From positions 62,001-126,000 of IMG/VR virus record IMGVR_UViG_3300047499_000113: DNA of 64,000 nt. One strand, 5' to 3'. The translations under genes were made by a program, and so were the position numbers. Positions 1 to 9,957 of the stretch are shown here, one piece after another; within the stretch, counting starts at the first letter, position 1; every line of letters starts with the position of its first letter. A model generated the notes under the pieces. The model was not told where the DNA came from and made no database searches. It was given only the letters and a program-made list of their open reading frames with translations.

Positions 1-1884
1 GGACAGCTGCGTTCCGGTCGTCGAAGTAGACCCGGGAACCTTATGCTGCTGATTCTGGTTGGGCGCTGACTGCGTAGATCCGAACGATTGGATAATCTTC
101 TGCAGGTTGTCGCCGTTGAGCTGCGACCGGAACACCATCACCACATTCGGGAACCCGAGCAACTGACCGCTCTTCGGGTCACGAATGGCAACGGGTTGCC
201 CTGCGGTAACCTGGTTTCCTTGCGTCTGTGCGAGACCAGAACTCGCCCCAGCCTGGTCGGGGAACGTGATGGAGTACGTGTTCTCCGTTCCTTGGACGGT
301 CTTGTTCGGGCTCGTCGTATTGAAATTCTTGACCGTGACCGACTTCGTGCCCGATTGCTTGATGACGCCGATGTTGTTCGGCGCAATGAACGGTTGGCGC
401 CTCGCGATGAGGGTCAGAGTGGTCGTAGCTTGGCCACCAACCGAGAACTGGTGCGCGATTCCCTGGATGTAAAAGAACGAGTTGTAGTAGGGAACCCAAA
501 CAGGGAATCCCAGGCGCAGTTCCGGGCGCATCGGGATGGTGATGGTCCCGTTCTGACGTTTGGCGTTGGTCCGGTCGAGATAGTCCATCAAGTGGAAGAA
601 GAGCTTGCGAGGGTCGCCAGCCCACTCAGTGGAGTAGTCGAGACGTCGGAAACCATAACGCCTCAGCAGGTGGAAATCGAAGACGCCGGTGCGCGGAGTC
701 GTGATTTCGTCGTTCAGACCCCAATCCATCACGCCACCGAACGCATTGCCGCTCGAGGTGATGTGCGTGTAGACTTCTTGCTCGGTGTCAGTCAGGCTGT
801 CGTCGATGATCTCGAAGTCGTTGATCCACGACACCGGCTTGTTCGGGATGACGTTCAGATTGTAGAACGGCGGCTTGAAGACGATGTCGCCACACGGGTC
901 GCAGAAGAACTCGTAAGCGATCTGGTCGCGAGCCTGGAGAGCGACGGAGAGTTTCGTCTGGATCTCGTTTTGGAACAACTCGACGTCGCCGGCTTTCACG
1001 AGTTCCTTCTTGAACGTCGCGATTTCTGACGGCTGAATGGTGAAAAGCTGCGTCTCCTGGTTTTGGTTGGCCAGCTTCTGCTCGTTCTGGAGCATCGGCT
1101 CAAAGAGTTGGACCGGGGAGACCGTGCCGCCGCCACCCGTGAACTGATACGATTGTCCCGAGGACCCGTAAAGGACGAGACTGTTCCAGATATTCGAGAA
1201 TTTGTACTGCCAATAGGTCATGATGTCTTTAGCGTAGGAGCCAATGACACCCTTCTCCGGACCTTTCTCGGGCAGGAATGAAGTGAAGGAGCCCGTACTG
1301 AGCGAGAAGTCGCCCATCGCCTCCTTCGCGAGCTGGATGATGGTCGTATAGGGGTTGAGCCCGGCGAACTGGTTTTGCCAGAGCTGGTAACCGCCGGCGC
1401 TCGATCCGAAGCTCTCGAGGAATGCAGGGTTGATGGTGACGTTGGTGACTTCCCACCAACGCAGAATATCCTTGCATTGGATCTGGATAGTCGTGCTTCC
1501 GCCCGACCAGTCCTTCGTCACGCTCGAGACGACACCCCAAAAGATGCGGTAATATTGGGGAAATCCGCCAATGAGGTAGTAGCCCTTGGCGTAGATTTCG
1601 ACCTCCATCATCGGAATGACGACGAACTGTCCGTTGACGTAGAACGTGTTGACGTCGTTGTCCGGGATGGTCAACGTGATGGTGGCCGAACCTGGCGGCG
1701 AATCGACGCTGGCCTCTGTGGAGATGCCCGTGATGTAGTCGTTGAAGTTGATCGGTTGTTGGCATTCGCCGCACGCGATGATGGACGTCTCGCCCTGGAG
1801 GGCGACATACACGTCCGGCGCGATCGTCACATACGGACGAGTATTGGGTGCCCACGTACCGCGGAAGCCAGAGATCCTAGGCAT
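1..1884 (-). CDS. Baseplate hub-like tail protein (gp27/gpD-like), 3' end runs off the window
   Basis: Not in the ORF track because there is no stop in the window. Manual translation from ATG at 1884 (ATGA overlap with the upstream stop) stays open to base 1: MPRISGFRGTWAPNTRPYVTIAPDVYV...FWGVVSSVTKDWSGGSTTIQIQCKDILRWW...PMRPELRLGFPVW. Position after TMP and tube-initiator genes fits a hub. Confidence 0.7.
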   Translation of the reverse strand, partial: MPRISGFRGTWAPNTRPYVTIAPDVYVALQGETSIIACGECQQPINFNDYITGISTEASVDSPPGSATITLTIPDNDVNTFYVNGQFVVIPMMEVEIYAKGYYLIGGFPQYYRIFWGVVSSVTKDWSGGSTTIQIQCKDILRWWEVTNVTINPAFLESFGSSAGGYQLWQNQFAGLNPYTTIIQLAKEAMGDFSLSTGSFTSFLPEKGPEKGVIGSYAKDIMTYWQYKFSNIWNSLVLYGSSGQSYQFTGGGGTVSPVQLFEPMLQNEQKLANQNQETQLFTIQPSEIATFKKELVKAGDVELFQNEIQTKLSVALQARDQIAYEFFCDPCGDIVFKPPFYNLNVIPNKPVSWINDFEIIDDSLTDTEQEVYTHITSSGNAFGGVMDWGLNDEITTPRTGVFDFHLLRRYGFRRLDYSTEWAGDPRKLFFHLMDYLDRTNAKRQNGTITIPMRPELRLGFPVWVPYYNSFFYIQGIAHQFSVGGQATTTLTLIARRQPFIAPNNIGVIKQSGTKSVTVKNFNTTSPNKTVQGTENTYSITFPDQAGASSGLAQTQGNQVTAGQPVAIRDPKSGQLLGFPNVVMVFRSQLNGDNLQKIIQSFGSTQSAPNQNQQHKVPGSTSTTGTQLS

Positions 1885-3479
1885 CAGAACCCCGGCCCAA
1901 AATTACCGCTGTTGGGGCTGTTGATGCCCGGCGGAACAGCTCCAGCCGGAGTGAACCCAGAGCCCGGTTGGCCGTACGTCGAGATGAAGGTGTCCGACAC
2001 CTGCGTCGTATCGACGTCGTAGCGCACGGTGAACTTCCACGTGTACGACAGGTTGTACGGCTTGTTGCCGTCATCGGTGACTTCGAACTCATCGAAGGAC
2101 CCGATGTACAGGTGGTTGTCGTAATAGATGTAGAGGCTGAGCGCGATGAGCGGTATGCCTTGATTGCCCTGTCCGAACGAATCGTCCGTGAAAACGTAGC
2201 CGTTGTTCTTGAAAATCGACACAAGCGACATCAAGTTCTGGTACGAGACGGTCTGGATGCGGTTGTATGCGACGAGTCCTCCACCAGCTCCGGGCTGGAA
2301 GGCATATTGGCCAGCAGTCACGCCCTTGGACTGGATGGTCATAGGCTTCTCGAGCCACATGTTCACGATGAAGCCGGAGCGCGTCTTGACCGGGTCCGTA
2401 GTCTGCTCGTAATTGCGAGTGAACTCTTGCGGGTTGACTAGCATCATCAGCGCGGGAGTCTGCTGAATGAGCGAGATCTGCGCGTTCAAGTAATTCGTCT
2501 GCGCTTGAACTGCGGCAACACGCTGTTGGTTGGCTATTTGGATGTTGCGACCAAGCTGGCCAGCCAACGGATCCTGCGTCGGATCCGTGACGTTCCCGTT
2601 GGTCATGATGGAGGTCGACGAAGTCAGGCTCCCCGGTGTGCCTCCGTCAGGGTTGTTGTTGGGAAGAGTCTGCGTGAGCGAGCCTTCCGGAGGAGCTTCC
2701 GGAGTGATCTTGCTCATGGACCCGGCAATCTGACCGATCGTGTTGGCGTACACGTCGTACTGCTCTTGCGTCACCGGGGTTCCGTTGGCATCCGTACGAC
2801 CGATGACGCCAAGGTAGCCGGCATTGATCAATGCCTGCTTGTACGTGTCAATTCCTCCTGCCGCAGCAGTCAGCGCACCGCTGTTCCGAAGGAACCCGGC
2901 CATCGCGTTGGCGCCCGACTGAGGATCCGAGTACACGGCGAAAGGGATCTTGTTGCCGCCCTGGATCATGTAGGGCTGCGTCGTGGTGTTCGGCTGGGTG
3001 ATATTGCCGAAGTTGTAGCCGTTGAACCCGCCGCCCTTGCCGCCAGAGCCCCAATAGTTGGTTTCGGTGGCACTCTGCGCGGCCACGATGTAGAGCGCAG
3101 GAGGCTGAACGCCGGCCTGCTGCAAGTAGTACAGAGCTTGCGCCGGCGTGAGCTTGGTCGGAACAGTCGGAACCTGACCGACTGATTTCGTTGGGCCGGA
3201 CCCCGAGCCGCCAGCTCCGTTGTTGACGGTGACAGTCGTGAGAGTCGTTCCCACCTGCTGAATTGGGACGAAATTCACCGACACATCAGGCGGGATGAAA
3301 CCCACGATGAAGGGTTTGGCCGGAGTGCGCGCCGCTGCGAGCGTCGCCAGGATGTCGCCCGACACCGAACTCAGATCCCAGCTACGCTCTCGAGTGAGAG
3401 CCGCCAGAGCGTCCATGATGTTGAACGCCGGAAATGAGATCTTCGAATAGACCTGGCTCGGAGTGAAGGGCTGCGTCAT
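1884..3479 (-). CDS. Baseplate/tube-initiator-like protein with internal GH73 (FlgJ-like) peptidoglycan hydrolase domain
   Basis: AAQSATETNYWG...YNFGNI...FAVYSDPQSGANAMAGFL...YKQALINAGY parallels GH73 motifs (AQAALESGWG, NNLFGIK, FRAYxS, ALQKAGYAT). The C-terminal domain (VNPQEF...YIGSFDEFEVTDD...YTWKFTV) parallels the neighbouring 250-aa ORF. Confidence 0.68.
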   Translation of the reverse strand: MTQPFTPSQVYSKISFPAFNIMDALAALTRERSWDLSSVSGDILATLAAARTPAKPFIVGFIPPDVSVNFVPIQQVGTTLTTVTVNNGAGGSGSGPTKSVGQVPTVPTKLTPAQALYYLQQAGVQPPALYIVAAQSATETNYWGSGGKGGGFNGYNFGNITQPNTTTQPYMIQGGNKIPFAVYSDPQSGANAMAGFLRNSGALTAAAGGIDTYKQALINAGYLGVIGRTDANGTPVTQEQYDVYANTIGQIAGSMSKITPEAPPEGSLTQTLPNNNPDGGTPGSLTSSTSIMTNGNVTDPTQDPLAGQLGRNIQIANQQRVAAVQAQTNYLNAQISLIQQTPALMMLVNPQEFTRNYEQTTDPVKTRSGFIVNMWLEKPMTIQSKGVTAGQYAFQPGAGGGLVAYNRIQTVSYQNLMSLVSIFKNNGYVFTDDSFGQGNQGIPLIALSLYIYYDNHLYIGSFDEFEVTDDGNKPYNLSYTWKFTVRYDVDTTQVSDTFISTYGQPGSGFTPAGAVPPGINSPNSGNFGPGF

Positions 3480-4228
3480 GTCGGCTTCAACAGCTCCGCT
3501 ATGGCGGCGTCAGTGGGGTTGTTGGATGGGTTGAAGGCTTGGTTCGAATTCGGCGAGCCGGCCGCCGGCGTGGCCGTGCCAGGGAAAAGTGGGGCTGGTG
3601 CTCCGACGTTGACTCCGCTCGAGCCAACAGCGGTCGGGAATCTGTAGAGCGTCTTCTCCACCATGAATTCCCAGTCCAGGCGAAACGACCAGGCGTGTTC
3701 ATCGTCTTCGGTCACTTCAAACGTGGTGAAGTAGCCAAGATAGATGCCGCGATCGTAGATGAGCATGATGCGCCCACGAATAGCGGGCTGCCCAGTGCCA
3801 TCGAACACCATGCCGTTGTTGTGGAAGAGGTCGAGCAGATCTTCCTGGCGTTCCCAGGCCATCGTTCCTTGACGTCCACGGGCCTTTCCGCCGACCTGTG
3901 TCGCATCGCTGCCGGCGCTCAATCCCGAAGACGGAGAATAGAAAGCGCCCGTTGTGTTACCACCCGAAAGCGAAGTCAATTCATTCGGCCAGCGGAATTC
4001 GATCCATCCGCCTCGAGTCGGAACGACCGTCTTGGACGCCCCCATTCGTTCCTCGAGTTGCTCGGGGTTCACGTGCAGCGCGAGCAGGTACGAGTAGAGC
4101 GGCTGGTTAGTTCCAGGCGCCACGACCTGAAAGAGAAACGGTCGTCCGCGTTTCGGGCTATATGCCTCCGGATCTGCATCCGAGGAACTCGGATTCGGAA
4201 CTTGGGGGAGACTAACCCGCGCAGGCAT
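3476..4228 (-). CDS. Tail tube initiator / baseplate protein (tube-fold)
   Basis: LHVNPEQLEE...YLGYFTTFEVTEDDEHAWSFRLDWEFMVE; directly follows the tape measure; paralogous to the C-terminal domain of 1884..3479. Confidence 0.6.
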   Translation of the reverse strand: MPARVSLPQVPNPSSSDADPEAYSPKRGRPFLFQVVAPGTNQPLYSYLLALHVNPEQLEERMGASKTVVPTRGGWIEFRWPNELTSLSGGNTTGAFYSPSSGLSAGSDATQVGGKARGRQGTMAWERQEDLLDLFHNNGMVFDGTGQPAIRGRIMLIYDRGIYLGYFTTFEVTEDDEHAWSFRLDWEFMVEKTLYRFPTAVGSSGVNVGAPAPLFPGTATPAAGSPNSNQAFNPSNNPTDAAIAELLKPT

Positions 4229-7200
4229 CAGTCACTCCGTTGGAGGTTGGAGATGTGGTGAGCGATCTGGCTCGCAGGAACGCCTTGGGCGTAGATGGTG
4301 ACGTTGACGATCTTGCCTCCCACGCCGCCAGCGTTGGCCTTGGACACGACTTGCTCTCCAGCGTGGAGTTGAGCCATCATATCGTGAGGCACGTGGGTGA
4401 CGCCCGTGGCATACTGCTTCTCGCCACCGACGTTGAAGCCAACGAGATCGCTGAGCTTCCTGCCACCCTCCTGTCCTGCGAGCAGCAGTGCGTTGAGTCC
4501 TTGGGCGCCCGTCTGAGCGATATTCCATCCGCTGCCAGCCACAGCTTTGCGGAAGTCCGAGTCATCCCAAATCTTGGCATACCCGACGAGCTGCTCAAGC
4601 AAAGCGGGTCGTAGAGCGTCCAGAGATGCTTCCTTCAGGACGTTCCTGAATTTCGTGGTCATCCAGGATTGCTCGAAACGAATGCCCTTCTTGAGAAGAG
4701 ACAGCGTATCTGTCGCGGCTTCATACTGCTTGTCGGCCTGCTCGATGGCATCTTCCTGATTTTTGACCTGCTGGTCTGAGTTGTCGGCCTGCGTCTGTTG
4801 AGCCTCCGGCACAGCTTCCGCGGCCGGGGTCGCGCCCGAAGCAGCTGCCGCAGGCGGCACTCCGGGCGGAGCCTTGTTGCCTTCCGATACCTCATCAACC
4901 AATTGGCCCGCGAGCTTCTCCGCCCGATCGTCATGATCGGACTGAAGTTTGGCCATTTGTTCTTGCTTCTTCGCCGCACGCTCGGCCACTTTGCTAGGAG
5001 CATTCGGGACGTTGCCGCGACCGGCAGAGAATTTGGCAGTTTTGGCTTGATCCTTGGCGAGCCTAGCCAAAAGCTGGGCCGCCTTGTCTGGATCCAAGCC
5101 CTTGAGCATCTTGCTCGTGGTGACGCTGTCGTTTTCCTTCATCGCCTTGATGAAGTCACTCTCTTTCCCTCCAAACACTCCGGCGATGTCTTGGCTGACT
5201 TTCTTGTAGTAGTCAGCTTGAGCAGGGCTGTCCTTGACAGTGTGCAGCTGCTGCATGAGCAGGTCAGAGTTCGAATTCAAGAGGTCATTTGTCGTCGCAC
5301 CACGAGCGCCCGCGGCCTTCAACTCGGAGGCCATCTTGTTGTAGTAATCGAGCGCTTCCTTGTTGCCCGCCAATTCCTTTTTGGCGTTGTCATTCTCCTT
5401 GTCGACCGCCTTGCCGATCTCTTTCGAGTAAGTCCCACTCATCCATCCGGGCAGAGCGTCGTAGAGGCTGTTGAGCACTCCAAAGACGTCGTCCATGACA
5501 AAGTAGAGCTTCTCGAGAAGGTAGCCGAGAACGTTCTCGGTTTTGTCGCCAAGTGACTGAGTTGCGTCGATTAGATCAGCTGTGAGACCTTCAATCGACT
5601 CCTGCGCAGCCGCGGCGTCCTTCGCGTTCTGCTGCTGCTCCTCTATCTGCATCGTGGCAGCAGTCATGAGCGCTTTCTTGAGCTTCTCCGGGTTCTTCTT
5701 CTGCATCTCCTTGGTGGCCATCTCGAACTTATTCGAGTCGGTGAAAGGATCTGGCAGATTCAGGATCTTGGCCAAGTTGGCGTTGATGGACTTGCTGGAA
5801 GTACGACCAGACTCTTCTATGGCCGACTGATAGTCACCAAGAGAGTCCTGCATTCCGAGGATCGCCTTGTACTCCTCCTCAGATATGCCGAGTTGCTTGG
5901 CGACGTGCTCGCCTAGACCCGAGATGTCGCCACCGGTGAAGCGACCCGCGAGCTTTTGGAGAGCCTCCATGCGACCCATCAGACCCATCTCACGCATTCC
6001 AGAGGCTTGCTTGAGGACGCCGCCTCCCTGGAGCTGCTGATAGCGACCAAGACGATTCAGCTCTGAGATCTGAGTGCCGGTCGCGCCGCGGGCCATGGCC
6101 TTCGCGGCGAGATTTCGGAAAGCCTTGATGCTGTTCGGGCTCTTGAGCGCGGCGTCAATTTCTTTCGGAGAAAGAATATCTTTCAGACTGTCCTTCACTG
6201 CAGCGGACGCACGGCCGATGTCCTCGCGCATGATCTTGCCCATCTCGCCAGGACCGATGACGAGCGCCATCTTCAAGCGCTGCTTGAAGTCCATCTGATC
6301 GAAGCCCTTGCCCATCGCTGACATGAACCCCTTGACGGCACGGGGGTCCATCGTCTTGCTGAGCATCTTCATCACGCCGGTCAATTCCTCGATCCTGTTG
6401 GTGAACAGATCGAGGTTGGGAATGGCCTGATGGAAGATGTCCATAAACTTCTGTGTAGCCATGCCCGACTGGGAAGCTTGTTTGACGATGTCACCCATCG
6501 TCTTCTGAACGTCATCGGCGTTGACACCTACTTCGCTGACGAACTGACCCATCATGCCGGCAACGTCTTTGGCCTCCATCCCAAGAGCTTTGCCATAAAC
6601 TTGAGCATTTATCGCGAATTCGCTTAGACCCATACCTCGGAGTTGTACATCCATTTGGGCCAAAGACATTCCGGATTGCTTCGCAAAGGCGTTAACTGAC
6701 TCTAGGGCATCCTTGGAATTGAGCCCATACTTGAGCATCGCACCTGCCGCGTTGATAGCAGCGTTGCGAAGATTTTTGATTGCTTTCGAATACGTGCCAA
6801 TACTGCCGCCCATTTCTTGCGCCAGGCCAATGCCATCGGTAAGGCCCTTGTTAAGGTCCGCCATGTGCTGGCTGGCTGCAAGAATGAGCTTCACAAACGC
6901 CGTAAGTGCTGCTGCAGCAGCAGAAACCATAACCATGGATTCGCCAGCGGCAGCCATTTGAGAGGCGCCTGCCTCACCGCCAACGGATTCGGCCTTCGCA
7001 ATCCTGCCGCGAGCCATGGCTCCGCCGATGCCCTGAGCGAGAGTCGAAGCCATTCCCTTGAAATCGCCGCCCTTTACCTTCTTCAACATGTCGATCAGGG
7101 CGTCTTTGGGACTGTAGGAAGCCGCCTGCTTCAGATAAGCAGTGTTCTTCTGTTGCGCCTTGAGCCCTCGCTCAAGTTCATGGTTGTACTTCTTGGTTTT

Positions 7201-7608
7201 GTTCTTCTGGACCTCGATCTGCTTGTTCAGATCGGTGATCACCTTCATTTGCTTGGCGATCTGCTTGCCAATATCTTCTTTGGCTCCGCCCTTCGCCCCA
7301 CCGTACTGCTTGGCGAGCGTCTTGGCCTTCTTCTTCGCCTCTTCCAGTTCCTTGCCGAGGCCCCCGAGTTCCTTGTATGCCGACTTGGCTGCACTGGAGA
7401 GATTCTTGCCGAGAGAAGCCGCGCCGGAGGAGATCTTCTGCAGTTCTTTGACGTTGAGGCTGGCCGTTTTGGCGATACTCTTCCACGAGACGTCGAGCTT
7501 GCCGAGGTCATGCTCGAGCCGCTTGATGTCCTTGAGTAGGTTAGAGGTCCCCCTCTTGTCGAGTTCCGGTACTACTGGGACCCTGATTTTTATCTCTTCT
7601 TTGGCCAC
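4228..7608 (-). CDS. Tail tape measure protein
   Basis: 1126 aa, Ala/Gly/Lys-rich and helical; C-terminal YATGVTHVPHDMMAQLHAGEQVV is a typical TMP-terminal motif; follows the tube and chaperone genes. Confidence 0.85.
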   Translation of the reverse strand: MAKEEIKIRVPVVPELDKRGTSNLLKDIKRLEHDLGKLDVSWKSIAKTASLNVKELQKISSGAASLGKNLSSAAKSAYKELGGLGKELEEAKKKAKTLAKQYGGAKGGAKEDIGKQIAKQMKVITDLNKQIEVQKNKTKKYNHELERGLKAQQKNTAYLKQAASYSPKDALIDMLKKVKGGDFKGMASTLAQGIGGAMARGRIAKAESVGGEAGASQMAAAGESMVMVSAAAAALTAFVKLILAASQHMADLNKGLTDGIGLAQEMGGSIGTYSKAIKNLRNAAINAAGAMLKYGLNSKDALESVNAFAKQSGMSLAQMDVQLRGMGLSEFAINAQVYGKALGMEAKDVAGMMGQFVSEVGVNADDVQKTMGDIVKQASQSGMATQKFMDIFHQAIPNLDLFTNRIEELTGVMKMLSKTMDPRAVKGFMSAMGKGFDQMDFKQRLKMALVIGPGEMGKIMREDIGRASAAVKDSLKDILSPKEIDAALKSPNSIKAFRNLAAKAMARGATGTQISELNRLGRYQQLQGGGVLKQASGMREMGLMGRMEALQKLAGRFTGGDISGLGEHVAKQLGISEEEYKAILGMQDSLGDYQSAIEESGRTSSKSINANLAKILNLPDPFTDSNKFEMATKEMQKKNPEKLKKALMTAATMQIEEQQQNAKDAAAAQESIEGLTADLIDATQSLGDKTENVLGYLLEKLYFVMDDVFGVLNSLYDALPGWMSGTYSKEIGKAVDKENDNAKKELAGNKEALDYYNKMASELKAAGARGATTNDLLNSNSDLLMQQLHTVKDSPAQADYYKKVSQDIAGVFGGKESDFIKAMKENDSVTTSKMLKGLDPDKAAQLLARLAKDQAKTAKFSAGRGNVPNAPSKVAERAAKKQEQMAKLQSDHDDRAEKLAGQLVDEVSEGNKAPPGVPPAAAASGATPAAEAVPEAQQTQADNSDQQVKNQEDAIEQADKQYEAATDTLSLLKKGIRFEQSWMTTKFRNVLKEASLDALRPALLEQLVGYAKIWDDSDFRKAVAGSGWNIAQTGAQGLNALLLAGQEGGRKLSDLVGFNVGGEKQYATGVTHVPHDMMAQLHAGEQVVSKANAGGVGGKIVNVTIYAQGVPASQIAHHISNLQRSD

Positions 7609-7618
7609 CGGCTAGACC

Positions 7619-8809
7619 TCACTTCTCAGGGTCATTGGAATTTTGTCTATCGGGCCGATGCTCCCGGGACGCCTTTTGGATCTGCTCCCATTGGAGCTGC
7701 TTCATGCGAGCGACGTAGGCATCTGCCTCCGCCTTACCTCCTAGGATGCGTGCACCACCGCCCGACGCGCCGGCGGTCTGGAATACTGAAGCGCGAGCCA
7801 TCAGGGACTTCTGGAACTGCTCCCGCTCGTCGCGCTGTTGCTGGACCTGGGCGAGCTTGGAGTTGATAACAAGGTCGTGGTAGTCCAGCTCGCCCGAAAG
7901 CGCGGCCGAGAGCTGCTGGGCCAGTTCCTCGGCAGTCTCCGCACGGAACCTCTTGGCTACATGTGCCATACGGCCGTCCGGGAGTTTCACCGGTGCGGGC
8001 TCTTCCGTCTCGTCAACATCCTTGCCGACTTTGCGGTTGAGGTAGGTGTAAAGGACCTTCATCTTGAGGTCCTCGCGGTCAGTACGCTCCCTCTCGCGCC
8101 GGATCTTGTCCTTCTCTTCGATGGCTCGAACACCCTTGCCGGCGAAGCAAGACCCGATGAACTTGGCGTTTTGCCAGTCCCGTTCCATCTCCTCGTTGCG
8201 GTCAATGATGTTGTTGAGCGCGATCCAAGTCTGCTGGCAGACATTCATCCCAAGTTCTTCAGTTCCGGGAATGCCGGTGCTGATTGGGTGATGAATTGGA
8301 TTGTCGCGAAGTTGAAACCAGCGGTATCGCGAACGATTCTCGTGGACGTACGCCTCCACGAGTGGCATCAGCAGCTGGGACTTCTCGTTGAGCGCCGTCA
8401 GGTTGGAAACTATTTCGTCCTGGACTTTCGCAGGGAGCTTGCTGATTGTTTTGATCAGCCGGTTGATGTGGCGCGGCCTCTGATAGATGGCGTTCTGCGC
8501 ATCGATCATGAAGATGCTGTATGCGATAAAACACGCGCGGAAGAAAGCGCGCTCCTCGTGCAGACCAGTCATGGACCGCATGAGCTGGATGTTGCGCAGC
8601 TCGTAGTGATTGAGCGTCTTGAAGACGAACGACTTTCCGGAAATAGCAGCCGGGCTCACCAGAAACCCGGTATAGAGGAAGGTCTCCAGTTCCTGCCAAA
8701 CCGATTCATCTACTTGCTTGTAGATCTCGGGTACTTTTATCTCAACGCGCTGATTCCCATGCCCGTTCGTCTGCCCGTTCTGCTGCGTGGGCTGGTCGGT
8801 CATGTTCAC
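7619..8809 (-). CDS. Probable tail assembly chaperone (second)
   Basis: 396-aa ORF immediately upstream of the TMP, GTGA-coupled to the previous gene (start may be ATG at 8803). Function assigned from synteny only. Confidence 0.5.
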   Translation of the reverse strand: MNMTDQPTQQNGQTNGHGNQRVEIKVPEIYKQVDESVWQELETFLYTGFLVSPAAISGKSFVFKTLNHYELRNIQLMRSMTGLHEERAFFRACFIAYSIFMIDAQNAIYQRPRHINRLIKTISKLPAKVQDEIVSNLTALNEKSQLLMPLVEAYVHENRSRYRWFQLRDNPIHHPISTGIPGTEELGMNVCQQTWIALNNIIDRNEEMERDWQNAKFIGSCFAGKGVRAIEEKDKIRRERERTDREDLKMKVLYTYLNRKVGKDVDETEEPAPVKLPDGRMAHVAKRFRAETAEELAQQLSAALSGELDYHDLVINSKLAQVQQQRDEREQFQKSLMARASVFQTAGASGGGARILGGKAEADAYVARMKQLQWEQIQKASREHRPDRQNSNDPEK

Positions 8810-9816
8810 CTACGCTGTTGCGAAAATCTCGGATTGGTATTGCCTTGGGGCTGGTCAATCTTGGGTCGAACAGGAGGTTCGCGGACTGCCGGGCGCTCGA
8901 TGACCTCGTTCTGCACGGACGGAGAAGCCACGTGTGGATTCTCTGGACTGCTCTCTCGCGGTCCCTGTCCCGGAGGCATTGGCCGTCGCAAATTGGCCGG
9001 CAGGGCCGCAGGCATACCCATCGTGGGCTGAGGAGGCGGTGAAGGAGGTGGGGGTTGGCGCGGGCCGCCCGGTTGCGGACCTTGGTGCACAGGAGCCGCC
9101 TGCATCGAAGGAGGTGCCGCGGCCTGCTGCTCCGGGGAGAGCGGCTTGAAAGGATCGAAGTCCTCTTGCTTGCCTTTGGTGCGGTTCTCTTCCGTGCCTT
9201 CGTCCTGAAGCCGCTCTTCTTCATCGAGCGCGCGAGCGATGTCCTCCGGCGTAGGCTCGATACCATCCTGCTCGGTGGCATGCTCTCCGGTCTTTTCCAC
9301 CATCTGCGGGAGGCCAAGTTGGGCTCGAAGCGTGGCCGCCTTGCGCTCCAGTTCGATGAGTTCGAGTCGCGGGTCCTTGGTGTTTTCGAACTTGACCTCT
9401 TTGAGACTCTCGCGCTGGAACGTCTCCATCAAGTCGGCGTAGACCTCGAACACGCTGTCGAGGTAGTCCGTGCTCCAGCCGCGCATCTTCTCGTAGAGAT
9501 ACTTCTCGAGCGCTACGTTCGTTGTCTTGCCATCACGCCCCTTGATTGGGAAGACTGGCTGGTTGGTTCCTCGGTGGTCGCGGAAGTCCAAGCCATTGAC
9601 ACCGACAATCGTGTTCGAGAGCGTGATTTTCTTGCTCTCTCCGACGATGTTGAGGCCGGGAGTGGCCTTCTCGAGCGTGGCCGTGACTTTCTCCTGTCCA
9701 TCGACGGACAATGGGGACAGCCAGATCTCGAGCTGGCCGATCTTGCGCTTCCAGAAGACGTCAGTGCCCACGTTCGTGAGCGTCCTGTCCAATTCGGCAA
9801 TGAACTCAGGTTCCAT
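8806..9816 (-). CDS. Probable tail assembly chaperone (first), acidic/Pro-rich C-terminus
   Basis: 336 aa between tube and TMP, GGAGAG RBS upstream. Function from synteny only. Confidence 0.5.
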   Translation of the reverse strand: MEPEFIAELDRTLTNVGTDVFWKRKIGQLEIWLSPLSVDGQEKVTATLEKATPGLNIVGESKKITLSNTIVGVNGLDFRDHRGTNQPVFPIKGRDGKTTNVALEKYLYEKMRGWSTDYLDSVFEVYADLMETFQRESLKEVKFENTKDPRLELIELERKAATLRAQLGLPQMVEKTGEHATEQDGIEPTPEDIARALDEEERLQDEGTEENRTKGKQEDFDPFKPLSPEQQAAAPPSMQAAPVHQGPQPGGPRQPPPPSPPPQPTMGMPAALPANLRRPMPPGQGPRESSPENPHVASPSVQNEVIERPAVREPPVRPKIDQPQGNTNPRFSQQRR

Positions 9817-9900
9817 GCGCTCTCCAGCGTCACACTACCGCTTAGACGCCCGCGCAAGCGGAGCGGAGAGATATGCAAGGATAGATACCCTAAATAGGCG

Positions 9901-9933
9901 GAAGCCCGGGAAGTGGCGAAACTCCCGGGCTTC
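9901..9933. terminator. Stem-loop downstream of the tail tube gene (terminator or mRNA-processing hairpin)
   Basis: GAAGCCCGGG-A-AGT-GGCGAA-ACT-CCCGGGCTTC: perfect 10-bp outer stem. No strong U-tract on the minus strand, so termination is uncertain. Confidence 0.5.
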
Positions 9934-9957
9934 GAGGTGAACTTGAAAAGCGACGAC

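Noticed and set aside
88-1029. 313-aa plus-strand ORF and other track ORFs in 1-1880
   Set aside because: Shadows of the minus-strand baseplate hub gene, which the track missed because it has no stop in the window.
8806-8900. Programmed -1 frameshift joining the two putative tail chaperones
   Set aside because: No canonical X XXY YYZ heptamer seen near the junction; a simple GTGA overlap explains the coupling.
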